Program-made: the position numbers and the translations under genes
Part shown: positions 12,820-25,457 of the stretch, piece after piece
How the letters are laid out: every line of letters starts with the position of its first letter
Position numbering within the stretch: the stretch's first letter is position 1
DNA from: Phyllobates terribilis
Taxonomy: Eukaryota
Assembly (NCBI RefSeq): GCF_046119375.1
Contig: NW_027362769.1
Coordinates: 132,680,001 to 132,744,000 of the forward strand
Length of the DNA stretch: 64,000 bases
Reading direction: 5' to 3'
The notes under the pieces: model-generated
Database searches by the model: none
The model's input: only the letters and a program-made list of their open reading frames with translations
Told to the model about the DNA's origin: nothing

Positions 12820-14126
12820 ATAAATCGCCGAAGAGGTAAACAAAGACAAAGCAAAGGGGACAGGGCTCTGTTCACACGGAACAGAAAGAAAGGCAGAACC
12901 AGATACACACTAGATACTTGCAAAGAAGTAGCGAGAGGACTCCAACTCACAAACGGAAGTACAGCGACAACGAGAAGGAGTTAGGTGCAGGTTCAGACAC
13001 TACAGAAAAAGGGAGCAAACGGACATAAAGGCAAAACAGATAAGAAACTAGGAGACAGTTCTGACAAGAACAGTTACTGCAACAAAATGCAGGAACGAGC
13101 CTAGGTAAAGCCAAGTGCTGGTTCAGACACTGCAGAAAAAGGGAACAAATGGACATAAAGACAAAACAGGTAGGAAGCTAGGAGACAGTTCAGACAGGAA
13201 CTGTACTGCAACAAATACAGGAACGAGTCTGGGTATGCGGCCCCCAGAGGGCGAGACGAACAGGCTAGGAGCTTGTGCAGACAGGCCTGGAAATACAGCC
13301 TCTGGAAGGCAGACGGACAGCTGGCTAGAGGGCACAGACAGGACACAGTTCAGACACGGGAACTGATACCGATAGGCAGGAAACATAGACGGGACCTGGC
13401 ATGTCAGCGACCAGAAGCCAACTGACAGAACACAATGCTCAGGCATGGATTCCAGGGAGGAGCTGGGTTAAATACCAGGTGACAGACAGCAATAGGCTGA
13501 GGACGCACAATGGGTGTGACTGCAGCAGCTACAAGAAGCAGGAAGTGATCGGGCGCCGCCCTTAAGCAGCAGAAACAGAGGCAAGCAGACAGCATGGAGG
13601 GAAGCAGACTGGACTGGAGATCAAGTGCGCGCTCTTGCACAGTGGGAGATGGACCACTATGCAAGGACGCCGCCAGGTATGTTACAGCCGTCTCTACTTG
13701 CTGGCTCAGCTCCTGCACTTCAGCCTGGAGGAATTCGGCATCCTCTGGGGACAGCTTAGATATCGCTCCCTCCAGGGTGAGGGGGGTCGCTAGTTGCTGC
13801 AGGCCAGAGGTGTAGGCTTGGTCCTGGCTTCCGTCCATGCTGGCTGCCGGGTGCAGTCTGTCTAGACTGGTTCCATGGCAGCCTGTTGTCGGTCACTCCT
13901 AGGAGCGGCCCCTCCACTTTGATAGACACATCTACATACATGGTCACTGTTGTTTGGGGCGGGCCTCGCTTTTGGCGCCATTCTGGGACTTGGCCCACGA
14001 TGGGAGGTGATTCCTTGTCGTCTTTGAGTACGCACATAATGGCGCCCGTTCTTCTGGAGCGGGCTCCAAATTCAGTGTAGAAAAACAGTCTCTAGGCGCA
14101 CAATACCCGGTGATAACTGGCACGAA

Positions 14127-14144
14127 ATCCTGTTTGTGACGCCA
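14127..14144 (-). promoter_or_regulatory. Primer-binding site, probably tRNA-Ser(CGA)
   Basis: Minus strand TGGCGTCACAAACAGGAT, 9 nt from the 5' LTR. From memory, a vertebrate tRNA-Ser(CGA) ends ...ATCCTGTTCGTGACG-CCA, giving 17/18 complementarity; the isoacceptor needs a database check. Confidence 0.75.
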
Positions 14145-14153
14145 AGAAGAGTA

Positions 14154-15401
14154 TGACTCGCCCAGGGGGATATGGGGGACTCGGTACCCGGACCTTTACC
14201 TTCTTGGGATGTCACGGCGGTCGGCTCCCGGGCCCGTACTCTGGGGTCACTCTTTAAAAGGGGCTTGTCACTCGATGGGATGAATATTAGTTTTGTCTCG
14301 TGACGCCACCTGTGGTTCCCGGTAATGGGTACCGGCGCTGCTGCAGACCTCTGGAGCAGGTGTTAGGGCAGCTTGGTTGGTGCGGCTCTCCACAGGCAGA
14401 GCACAGCTCCAGGGCAGTGTAGGTGCAGATGGTGATGCTGGGCGTTGTAGTGCAGGAGGGATAACGTGGTGGAAATAACTGACAGACGCAATGGGGTGCA
14501 GTCATCCGAGTTTACTCACAGTTATTTAGGTTCTTCAGATGGCACTGTACAGGTGTCAGCCTCCCACGTCATGCTGCGTTTACCAGGCAGGGGTTCAGCA
14601 CTCCCTCAAGTATCTCAAGAGCACTTAACGGGACCCCTCTCTTTATGTTCCTTGCTTAGCCGACTTCCCGCGCTGGGTCTCTCCCTCCTTCCCTGCGCCT
14701 CGCTACACAAAGTCCCGAACGGGTACCTTGAGATCCCTCTGGGCAACTTGAAGTTCCCGGACCTGACTTGGTGCCCTTTTCGGTGGCTTAGGTGCGAAAG
14801 TGGCAACTGCACCCTGAAAGTGCAGAAGCCTCCGGTTTTCCAGCCGAGACCTGAAGTAACTCGACTAGTCCAGGGACCGGTGCCCTTCTTGCAGCCTGAT
14901 CCCTCTGACGCCTAGCAGATTCGGGCGTACGGGTGCCGTCCTGCACTCACCGTACCCACTGGGATCCCTTCTATTCCTGGAGCCTTCCTCCTTGACTCCC
15001 CTCTCACTCTTGGGCCTCTCTTACTAGGCCCCACTCGGGAGCAGAGCTCCTGAAGAGACTCTGCTCCTCTCCTCTTCTCTCTCACTGAATCCACTCACTG
15101 AGCTCCCACTCTAAGATGGCTTACCTTATTATACTACTCCTGACAGTGCTCCCCTGTTCTACGTGCTCCACCCACACCCACTACATGGTTCCCCCTCACT
15201 TTTGGTTCCCCTCACTCTAGCCAGGGAAGGGGCAGCAGAAGAAGTGCATAATGCCCTTCCAGCCGGCCTGGAGTAGTGTAGTGTTGAGTGCAGGTGTTGG
15301 GGTCCCGGGCAGTACTCCATCCTTACCTGAGAGAAGGGGATACCACACCTCTGGGTGAGGTGCAGTACCTCTGTGGCGACTGAACCCTCAGGGGCGCCAC
15401 A
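14154..15401 (-). repeat. 5' LTR of the CSD element
   Basis: Direct repeat of 8309-9556, adjacent to the PBS. Confidence 0.95.
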
Positions 15402-15750
15402 CAGCTACACTATATTTACTGCCTCAACCTATATACAGCTACAGGCTATATACAGCTACACTATATTTACAGCCTCAACCTATATACAGCTACAGGCAGG
15501 CTATATACAGCTACACTATATTTACAGCCTCAACCTATATACAGCTACAGGCTATATACAGCTACACTATATTTACAGCCTCAACCTTTATACAGCTACA
15601 GGCTATATACAGCTACACTATATTTACAGCCTCAAGCTATATACAGCTACACGCTATATACAGCTACACTATATTTACAGCCTCAACCTATATACAGCTA
15701 CAGGCTATATACAGCTACACTATATTTACAGCCTCAACCTATATACAGCT
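15402..15750. repeat. Continuation of the 51-bp minisatellite to the right of the insertion
   Basis: Same unit as 7955-8308, resuming exactly after the TSD. Confidence 0.93.
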
Positions 15751-18700
15751 GTCCATTATATACAGTTACTCTCTGCAGGACATGTACAAGCTAATATACA
15801 GCTACTTCCATATGATATAACTGTGCTGAATACTCATCTACATCATTACACACCTAGACTCCATTATTCACCCCCGGATATACTGCTACAACTTGTAATA
15901 CAGCAGACACAAGAAGACCACCCCCTTCTATTTTACACCTGTACCCTATTATACACCTACTGATCTACACTATCATTAATAAATATCCGATTTGTCTTGT
16001 TTCCTGCAGAGAAGAAATATACAGTATATACTGAATGTAATTCAGCTCTGGTCTTGTGTAACTACGTATGTCCCCACAATGAGCATCACAGGGGTTTCAT
16101 GTGCGTTCTTGGTTATAGAGGAGCAGCCTTCCAACCCTTCCTCCATCTCCCTCATGTGCAGGCTGTGACATATAGAAAGCCGACTCTATTCCATCCATTT
16201 TGCTTCTTTGCACCGTCCTTAGTGGGAACTTTCTAACCTCTGCCCTTTTCTATATCGTAGAGGGAGTTTTGAGTGATGAGAGGGTTCAACATTGTTTATT
16301 TCAGCAAATCTTCCAGGAATGCGCTGAATCCTTCCAAAATCTCCCAGAAGGTTTCCTCCATGGTGTGGACGTGGAGGTGGCATGGCTCTGAAGAAAAATG
16401 TTCACTAGCTTTGCACGCCCCGTTATGCTTTTTGCCCAAAGGGCTTACCTTAAAGTTGACAGTATGTTTTAGTACCTGTCATACTGGTCACATTGTGTTA
16501 GATGTTATCCCAGATGTCAGTAAGTGATGGAAAAGTTGTTATATAATCGTGATCAAAAGTGGATGTGCCCACAGGGAGTCCAGTTGACCGGTTTAACACT
16601 TGAGTTTTTGTTTCAAGATCTGTTCGTGGATGTCAATCATTAAAACTGTGACAAACTCCATCTTCTAGAAAAGTAGCCCATTGTTTGGTACATTATTGGG
16701 GATGGATTTGTTGGCTTGATAGCTAGGTTGATGTTTTGTCTTTGGTATCCAGGCTTTTTATCATTGTGCCGTATGGATGGCAAAAAATGTAAGCAAAACC
16801 TTGGCATTAAAATATTGTCTATGGCAGTGACGGACACAGGCAGAAGAAGGCCATTGTGCAAGAACAATACATGGTCCTGTTGTGGTCGAAAAGGTCATCA
16901 AAATGCACAATTCCAGCTGCTTTGGAGGTGGTAGTGGCCTCCTTACCTCTTGGGCTCCTGTGTGGCTTCACAGGTTGCACCAATGATATGTCCGCCCCTG
17001 GTCTATGGCATACAAAGGGGCCCTGCAATAAAACATCATGGTGGGCTGTTGTACTAATTTTTGACGCCTAAATGAATGGTATAATGTTTGTTTCAATGAC
17101 CCTTGTGTCAGTTCCTCACCCCCTGGTTTAGAGTTCTTTTGGGTATTCTGTTAACTACCTAGAAGCAATGGAGATACATAATCCTTGGTTGGGCCCCTTG
17201 TGTACAGAGGACCCATAGCCACGGTCTATGAACTTTATATTATAGATCTTCGTAGGATGTCCATTGATGGCTGGAGTGTTATTTAAGGGAGATTTCAGGG
17301 ATTATGAAACTAATGGCTAATAATTAGGGTATCAATATTTGATCTGTGGGGTCCTGAATGCGGTACCAGGCTCAGCCACTAGCAAATGTATGGTGCTATG
17401 TCAATCAGATGTCAATCTGATATTGATTCAAAATATAGGCCATTATTTTTAAATTCCCCCCAAAAAAAGTCCTTAAAAAGGATCTGACACTTTCCATAAA
17501 TATGTAAAAATAAATAAATTAAATAAATATTTAAATAACATTTTTGTTCATGCGCCTCTCAGTTCCCTAGCAATCGACCCCTCTTCCTTGTATGTAAATC
17601 TGTTCTTGTTATCCAAGAGGGAGTGGTCTTCAATTCTTTGTGGGCGTCTTGGCTAACAAGACTACATTTACATATAGGGAAGAGGGGGCCATATCTTAGG
17701 ATAGGAGCTTTACTCTGTTCCTGAGAACGTTACTGGAACAAACAAAAAAAGACCATATTGTAGTGAACATTGGAATATATACCAGATAAACAATTACATA
17801 TTATGTGCAAATGACAAGTTCTCTTTAAAAGTGGGCAGTTTTACTTTTATATTATTCCTGCTGCTCCACTAAGTATATAGTTGTTTTATTTATTTGTTTC
17901 CATTGCATACATTTTATTTATTTGCTACTTTTTATCGTCTTTACCAATGGGACGTGCCTGATAGTGTATAAATGCAGAGCAGCCTAAAGACACGCCCCAG
18001 TGGATCCTTTGATCAACGCCCCCTTGTTAAAGACCATAAAAATTAACATTAAATAAAAAGGCCCATATCTCTAGAGCCGTGTGGAAGACGTAAAAGAGAA
18101 AAAAAAAGACGGAATGTTCAGGGGATCAGTGAGAATAAAATAATACCAAAAACTTCCCATTTTTATGTTACGGTATAAGTTTTGATTATTTTGCAGCTCA
18201 TTACATTTTTTCATTAATTTTTTGTATTATTGATAGTGTAATGCACGGGATTTGATAAATACGGAATGGCCCTTGAATATCCTGTGGAACCAGTAATGAT
18301 TTAATAATGGATGGAGTTTACCAGAAATGCTATTCGGATTGAGAGCACAGTTTCCCCATGGACACCACAAACTTCAATAGTTAAATACAGGAAATGTCTG
18401 TAATTGCAGATAATGAATACTTTCACTCCAGTGTCTCTGTTTATGATCAACAGCAATTTTATCTATTAGGCTGAATAGCTTTTACACTTTGTAACATTAC
18501 ATGAGTAAATGCAATTAATTCTTTTTAGGGTTATAATGTAGCTACGTAACCTTGGACTTTTTGTGGGCTTTTAGCTGAAAAGCTTTTGTTGTAGCATGTT
18601 CTGAATTATCTTCTGTGATCATTTTCACTGGGGAGGGCAGTGGAGAAATATTTGAATAGCTACATAATTGGATTGCATCCTCGTGCCATAGGATGGGGCC

Positions 18701-19909
18701 TATATGGGCATATTATGTGTCTATATAATGATCCAGTAGATCTATATTTTATGTAACACCATATGGTGTATCTATGAAGCACTGCGTTCTCCCCTGAAGA
18801 CATTGCTTCTCGGGAAGTCATCTTTGTAACAGCTACAAGAAGGTGATACATAAACTCAGTAGTATGGACCCCTAGAATTCTATGGGTACCACATTAAAGA
18901 CCATATTACAATCCCATTTACGCCTGTGTGTATGACCTCCTAAACTGACTTGAATTCACTATGATGTAGTTTTAATTATTAAAATCTGACAGATTGCATA
19001 AAGGGTTACGGCAGTCGGCACTAAGCTCCGGTTAGGTGGGTCATTGTGACTTTGCATAATGATGGAGTCCTTCTATCTTGCAGAACGGATAAGACCAAGG
19101 GATAGGCAGAGATTTCATCACCTCTATGTAACAGTCAGGCAAGAAGATGGATTGGTGATAGACATGTCATCTCTTCTGGTTTTCCAGGGAGTCACCATGT
19201 TTTCAGCCTCTCTCCCATGGTCACCCTGTGAGATAAAACTATCACCCTATTTCCATGTAAAGGCAGTAATAATAATTAAAAAAATAAAACTAATAATAAT
19301 AACGGAAAAGTTCAGAACAGGACGTCACAGTGCACGGAGGAGACTTCATAGCTACAGATCTTTGTAGTTTCCTTGCTGGGAGAGAAGGTAGAGAGATACA
19401 GACCCCGCTCTATAGAAGGAGGAGAGCTAGAGAAAGACAGACCTTGCAGTTACTATGGAGGACAGGTAGAGAGACACAGACCTTACAGTAAACATTAAGC
19501 GCAGGCACAGAATGAAAGATCCAACACTACCCATTGTATTGTCACATTTCCATCTGAACCTACTCCTGCGATGTCTACTTCTGTCACCAGGCAGCACCGT
19601 ATTCATCTGGTGATGGAGGTAACATAATGACCAGAAGCACAGTCTCAGTTCATCAAGAGATACTAGCGTGGCTGAGACCGGTAGTACCTACCAGGCTAAC
19701 AATATTGTTGTGTGTGCTGTCCTGTAGGAGTTATCAACTCCCTGTTGGGGCCAATGGAACAGTACCACACCCTATTTAAACCACCAGCATATTGCTGGGA
19801 GTTGCCAGTTTTAGTTTTTACTTGCTCTGGTTTACTCCAGTTTTTCAGCCTGTTTGACCACCTTTGTGCTCCCTTGCAGTATAAATGGACAAATCATGGA
19901 TCATCTTCA

Positions 19910-20250
19910 GGCTATGTGCCCACGTTGCAGAAATGAAGCATAAAATTTCTGCTTCATTTCTGCATGTCCTTTCCCGGAAAAACGCTTGCGGAATTTGGCA
20001 AGCGTTTTTCGCACGTTTTAGAAGCGTTTGGGACATGCGGAATTGCCTTGCGTTTTTTATTGCATTGACAAGGCAATTCCGCATGCGTAAACGCAAAATT
20101 AATGGACATGCTGCGGATTTTTGAGCGCATCAAAAACGCTGCGGAAAAATCCGCAGCATGGGCATTGAAATTGCGGATTCTCATTGGGGACCATGGGGGA
20201 CTGATTACCAAGCGTTTCACAAGCGTTTACGCTGCGGAAATTCCGCACTT
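19910..20250. mobile_element. Truncated Harbinger-type MITE in the 5' LTR of the degraded Gypsy
   Basis: Starts GGCTATGTGCCCACG, like the element at 35551; the right TIR was not found. Confidence 0.6.
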
Positions 20251-21972
20251 ACCCTCAAGCTGCAAAATGCAAAACTGGCCTCAGATGGTCCAGAATCTTG
20301 CAAAGCAGATTCAGCGTCATGAAGCAGCTCAGACCCAAACCACTGCAGTACCTCCCTTGATGATTTCTGCACCATATGTGAACCTACTTAACCAATTTTC
20401 AGGTGACCGTAAAAATGTATTTTCCTTTAGGGCAAGTTATTGCCTGCACTTCAGGCACCTTCCACATGCATCTGGTTCAGGGAGCTAGTGCTTGTGTTTA
20501 ATCACTTCTCTGCTGTAGGTCGACCTCCAAGGCTTGAACCTTCTCCTTACCCGTTGATGCTCCAGAATTCTCCACAGCTGACTCTTTCTTTGAGGTGTTG
20601 GGCCATAGACTTACAATGGAATGGCCAGGCCTTTCACCATAGGTTTCGTACTGGACTTTCTAACCAAATCAAGGACATATTAGTACAGTTCACTCCTCCA
20701 GTTTCCCTTGACGTAGCCATGTCTCTGGCAATCTATCCTAATAGGTGGCTGTGTAAATACAGACAAGAAAGCATCACTGACTCTGCACCTCCACCAAAGA
20801 CTTGAATACCAACTACATGCACTGAGGAGACCGAGTGGATTGGGATAACTAATTCCCTTCAATAACATGGGGTCAGGCAACATAAGTTGGATCTGTATAG
20901 CTACTATGGAAAGTCTGGACATTAGATGTGTGCCTACTCAAGGCAGCCGCTGCCAGAAAAGCACATGTGCCTATGTGGGTCTAGGGATGTCCACCTGGAC
21001 ACACACATATTTCCCGCTGAATCTGCAAAATTCTTGCTTCCTGTTTATCTTATCTGGAAAAATCTGTGTGACTTGAGGCTTTTATTGATTGCGGTTCAGA
21101 TTTGTTGTTTGTTGATGCCAAAGTGGCAAAAGATGTTGGTTTTTCTTTGCTAAAATTATGTTTTACTATGAAAGTCAGTGCTATTGATGATATACCGAGG
21201 GTAAATCACTGAGGAGGTGCTTTGCTTTTTGATACCTTACATTTTCCATCCATTTCATTTTTTGTTCTTGAGAACCTGTCTGCAACTGTGGTTTTGGACC
21301 TGCCTAGGTTGTGTAAGCATAACCCATGTCATTAACTGTAACCAATGTGATATTCTATGCTGGGGCCCTGAGTGTCAGGACAAATGTACATCTTTATCTG
21401 TGAACTTGTCTAAAATCTTACTTGGTAGTTTACCTAAAATACTTAGAAATTTTGCTGATGATTTTTCTGTGTCTGAATGTGAAAAATTACTCCCATGCAG
21501 AGGTTCTGACTGTCCTATCGGTCTGGAACGAAACTCCAAATATATAGTCTTTTGGGTCCAGAACATCAGGCCATGAAAGATTAAATAGCCGACCGACTGC
21601 AAAAAGGGTTCTTCAGACCCTCCATGTCACATGTAGGTGCCGGTTTCTTTTTTGTTGAGGATAAAAATGATGGCCTCAGACCATTTACTGACTATCGAGA
21701 ACTTAACAAAATTAAGGCAAATAACGAGTATTCACTGCCACTCATCCCTGATCTCTATAACCAGCTATTGGGAGCCTGTTGGTTCACCAAACTTGATCTC
21801 AGGGGTGCATAAAACGTGATCCATGTAAGAGAAGGAGATGAGTGGAGGAAAACCTTTAATACACCTGAGGGTCACTATGAGTATCTTGTGATGCGCTTTG
21901 AGCTAAGTAACCCACTAGCTGTTTTTCAAAATTTTGTTATTGACATATTCAGAGATAAAAATGGTCAATATA

Positions 21973-23599
21973 CCGTACAGACCAAAAGTTTGGACACACC
22001 TCATTTAAAGATTTTTCTGTATTTTCATGACTATGAAAATTGTACATTCACACTGAAGGCATCAAAACTATGAATTAACACATGTGGAATTATATACTTA
22101 ACAAAAAAGTGCGAAACAACTGAAAATATGTCTTATATTCTAGGTTCTTCAAAGTAGCCACCTTTTGCTTTGATGACTGCTTTGCGCACTCTTGGCATTC
22201 TTTCGATGAGCTTCAAGAGGTAGTCACCGGAAATGGTCTTCCAACAATCTTGAAGGAGTTCCCAGAGATGCTTAGCACTTGTTGGCCTTTTTGCCTTCAC
22301 TCTGCGGTCCAGCTCACCCCAAACCATCTCGATTGGGTTCAGGTCTGGTGACTGTGGAGGCCAGGTCATCTGGCGTAGCACCCCATCACTCTCCTACTTG
22401 GTCAAATAGCCCTTACACAGCCTGGAGGTATGTTTGGGGTCATTGTGCTGTTGAAAAATAAATGATGGTCCAACTAAACGCAAACCGGATGGAATAGCAT
22501 GCCGCTGCAAGATGCTGTGGTAGCCATGCTGGTTCAGTATGCCTTCAATTTTGAATAAATCCCCAACAGTGTCACCAGCAAAGCACCCCCACACCATCAC
22601 ACCTCCTCCTCCATGCTTCACGGTGGGAACCATGCATGTAGAGTCCATCCGTTCACCTTTTCTGCGTCGCACAAAGACACGGTGGTTGGAACCAAAGATC
22701 TCAAATTTGGACTCATCAGACCAAAGCACAGATTTCCACTGGTCTAATGTCCATTCCTTGTGTTATTTAGCCCAAACAAGTCTCTTCTGCTTGTTGCCTG
22801 TCCTTAGCAGTGGTTTCCTAGCAGCTATTTTACCATGAAGGCCTGCTGCACAAAGTCTCCTCTTAACAGTTGTTGTAGAGATGTGTCTGCTGCTAGAACT
22901 CTGTGTGTCATTGACCTGGTCTCTATTCTGAGCTGCTGTTAACCTGCGATTTCTGAGGCTGGTGACTCGGATAAACTTATCCTCAGAAGCAGAGATGACT
23001 CTTGGTCTTCCTTTCCTGGGGCGGTCCTCATGTGAGCCAGTTTCTTTGTAGTGCTTGATGGTTTTTGCAACTGCACTTGGGGACACTTTCAAAGTTTTCC
23101 CAATTTTTCACACTGACTGACTTTCATTTCTTAAAGTAATGATAGCCACTCTTTTTTCTTTACTTAGCTGCTTTTTTCTTGCCATAATACAAATTCTAAC
23201 AGTCTATTCAGTAAGACTATCAGCTGTGTATCCACCAGACTTCTGCACAACACAACTGATGGTCCCAACCCCATTTATAAGGCAAGAAATCCCACTTATT
23301 AAACCTGACAGGGCACACCTGTGAAGTGAAAACCATTTCCGGTGACTTCCTCTTGAAGCTCATCAAGAGAATGTCAAGAGTGTGCAAAGCAGTCATCAAA
23401 GCAAAAGGTGGGTACTTTGAAGAACCTAGAATATAAGACATATTTTCAGTTGTTTCACACTTTTTTGTTAAGTATATAATTCCACATGTATTAATTCATA
23501 ATTTTGATGCCTTCAGTGTAAATGTACAATTTTCATAGTTATGAAAATACAGAAAAATCTTTAAATGAGAAGGTGTGTCCAAACTTTTGGTCTGTACTG
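21973..23599 (-). mobile_element. Tc1/mariner transposon with long (about 265 bp) TIRs
   Basis: TA TSD (21971-72, 23600-01); termini C(C/A)GTACAGACCAAAAGTTTGGACACACCT; inserted in the Gypsy RT just before the YxDD region. Confidence 0.93.
22133..23185 (-). pseudogene. Tc1 transposase (DD34E family), inactivated
   Basis: One frame from ATG at 23185: HTH and GRPR motif, WSDESK, FQQHNDPKH (second catalytic D changed to H), SPDLNPIE; three in-frame stops. Confidence 0.92.
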
Positions 23600-24768
23600 T
23601 ATGTCTGTCTCTCTTAATGAGATCTTGGTCCATTCACCTAATTATGAGTCACATATCTGACATGTACAGTATGTACTATATTTCAAAAACAGAGAGACAA
23701 TTCTGATTTGCTAATGTTGAAAAATATGTTTTTCTGCTTCAAGAAAGTAAATTACCTTGGGTTTATCTTGTCGGCTAAATGATTCTGAGTGGACCTCTCA
23801 AAGGTCCAAGTTATCAAGGATTAGACGCAACCCAAATCTCAGAAGGCCTTGTATTCTTTTCTATGGTTTGCAAACTACTATAGTAAATATATTAACTTCT
23901 TCTTATCAGACCTTGTATTGGTGCAGCCTCACTTACAGTGTCCATTTATAGTGGAGGTTGATACCTCAGAGGTTGGAGTTGAAGCAATGCTATCACAAGG
24001 TATCCTAACACTCACTCAACTCCATCCGTTCATCTACTTTTCATGAAAAATTTCATCTGCCGAGAGCAATTACAATATAGGTAATCATGAAATATCATCA
24101 ATCAAGTGGGCCTTCGAGGAATCGCATACTTTCCTAGAAGGTGGCAAACATAAAGCCACTGTTATCATGAACCGCGAAAATCGGACTTACTTGAATCAGA
24201 CAAAGTACTCAACTTTAGCCAAGCTAAGTAGGCTTTTTTCTTTTCTAGATTTAATTTTTTGGTGACATTCAGACCTGGTACTAAAAAAAACATAAGCCGA
24301 CATGCTGTCCTCAAGTCTCTGTCCATCTCAGTCTTGGGACGCTGAACAAATTCCTATTCTTGCTGAAGGTATAGTTGTGTTGTCTGTTTCAATAGATCTG
24401 ACTGAATGCTCCCAGGACAATACTCCCACCCAAAATGTGTTTGTTCCTCCTTAGTTACATTTATGAGGCCTACAGGGATCCCATGAATTGGTACTTGTAT
24501 GTCACCGTAGAATTAAAATTACTCTTCGGCTGAGAGCCAAGTATTTTTGGTGTAAAATTATAGTTCGGAACTGTAGAGAATATGTGTTTTGCATGTGTAA
24601 TCTGTGCTCTGGGTAAAACATGTTGAGTCCTTTCTGTCAGGCTACTTGAGTCCTTCCCTATTTTAGAAGTCCCTGGGCCCATATCTCCTTGAACTTTATT
24701 TGGGTCGTGGTTAACAAATTTGGTATACAGTGTCACTTTGTCCAAGTTACCTAATTCCCAAACCTTAA

Positions 24769-25002
24769 AGGGAACCTGTCACCAGAAAAAACACTATTAA
24801 TCTGCAGATATGGGGTTACTGAACCAGGCTGTGACTGAACCAGCGCCGGCGCCGCCCCCATGACTGATGCCGAATGCTGCCGGGGAAATAAAGTTAATTT
24901 TCTCCCGAAGTGCGGCGCTGGGTAGTGTAATAACACTATTAACCTGCAGATTAATCCCATATATGCAGGTTAATAGCATTTTTTCCTCGTGATAGGTTCC
25001 CT
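24769..25002. mobile_element. TTAA-flanked MITE (Kolobok/T2-like)
   Basis: TTAA|AGGGAACCTGTCAC...GTGATAGGTTCCCT|TTAA, with further internal inverted repeats. Confidence 0.85.
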
Positions 25003-25457
25003 TTAAGCAAGTTCCTCCAACATATTGTACTTTAGCATAGTATGTTTGAAAAATAATTTTCAACCTGTGTTCTCAGTTCATTTCCAAATTCTGGAAGAGA
25101 TTCTGTAATAACATCAATATTGAGTCTTTTTCTTCTACCTACCACCCAAAGGCCCATGGTCAGACAAAACATATTAGTCAGATGCTCGAGTAATATCTTC
25201 GGTGTTATGTTTCTGATCATTAGTCTAACTGGATGGAACATCTTCTGTTGGTTGAACTTGCTGCTATTAATCAATATCAAGAATCCACCTAAACGTCTCC
25301 AGTGTTCTGTAATACTGAGCGTCATCAAATCTGTGGATAAGTTAAAGTTTATCTGGTCTGAAGTTATAGAGAAATTTTGGAGAGCACATAGTCAGACGTT
25401 ATCTTCTAATCAGATGCATTCTAGGTGTGGGTTGTCCACTGAAAAAATAAAACCTAA

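Larger units (their letters stand above)
11182..13686 (-). mobile_element. Solo LTR of the sushi-type family seen at 48846-53458, enlarged by internal tandem repeats
   Basis: 5-bp TSD GCCGT (11177-11181, 13687-13691). Both ends are homologous to the 1311-bp LTRs (GTAGTGATTCCACTGGACCGTGCCGG...; ...GGACGCCGCCAGGTATGTTACA). The left terminus reads TA rather than TG. Confidence 0.92.
10177..13838 (-). pseudogene. Interrupted ORF of about 383 aa: helical N-terminus, Pro-rich linker, charged helix, C-terminal cold-shock domain, acidic tail
   Basis: Joining 13838-13687 to 11176-10177 (removing the solo LTR and one TSD copy) gives one reading frame: MDGSQDQAY...SQQVETAQQAVVARWKEELL...MWFPQETQ...CSD...RRGHHY*. 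ORF-track pieces starting at 13838, 11217 and 10704 are in frame. Two premature stops remain (TAG 10969-10971, TAA 10342-10344). Confidence 0.85.
8309..15401 (-). mobile_element. Non-autonomous LTR retrotransposon (Ty3/Gypsy-type cis signals) carrying a cold-shock-domain ORF
   Basis: Two 1248-bp direct repeats with TG...CA ends (8309-9556, 14154-15401), 4-bp TSD CAGC (8305-8308, 15402-15405), PBS and PPT in minus orientation. No RT, RNase H or integrase motifs are visible inside. Confidence 0.93.

Noticed and set aside
11529-12984. 323-, 348- and 473-aa ORFs, and a superficially CRISPR-like 36-bp repeat
   Set aside because: Head-to-tail tandem repeats with no unique spacers and no cas genes, inside a solo LTR; the ORFs are open on both strands because the unit is stop-free.
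15997-17071. Cluster of short ORFs, possibly a decayed DNA-transposon gene
   Set aside because: I could not recognise any conserved catalytic motif in any frame.
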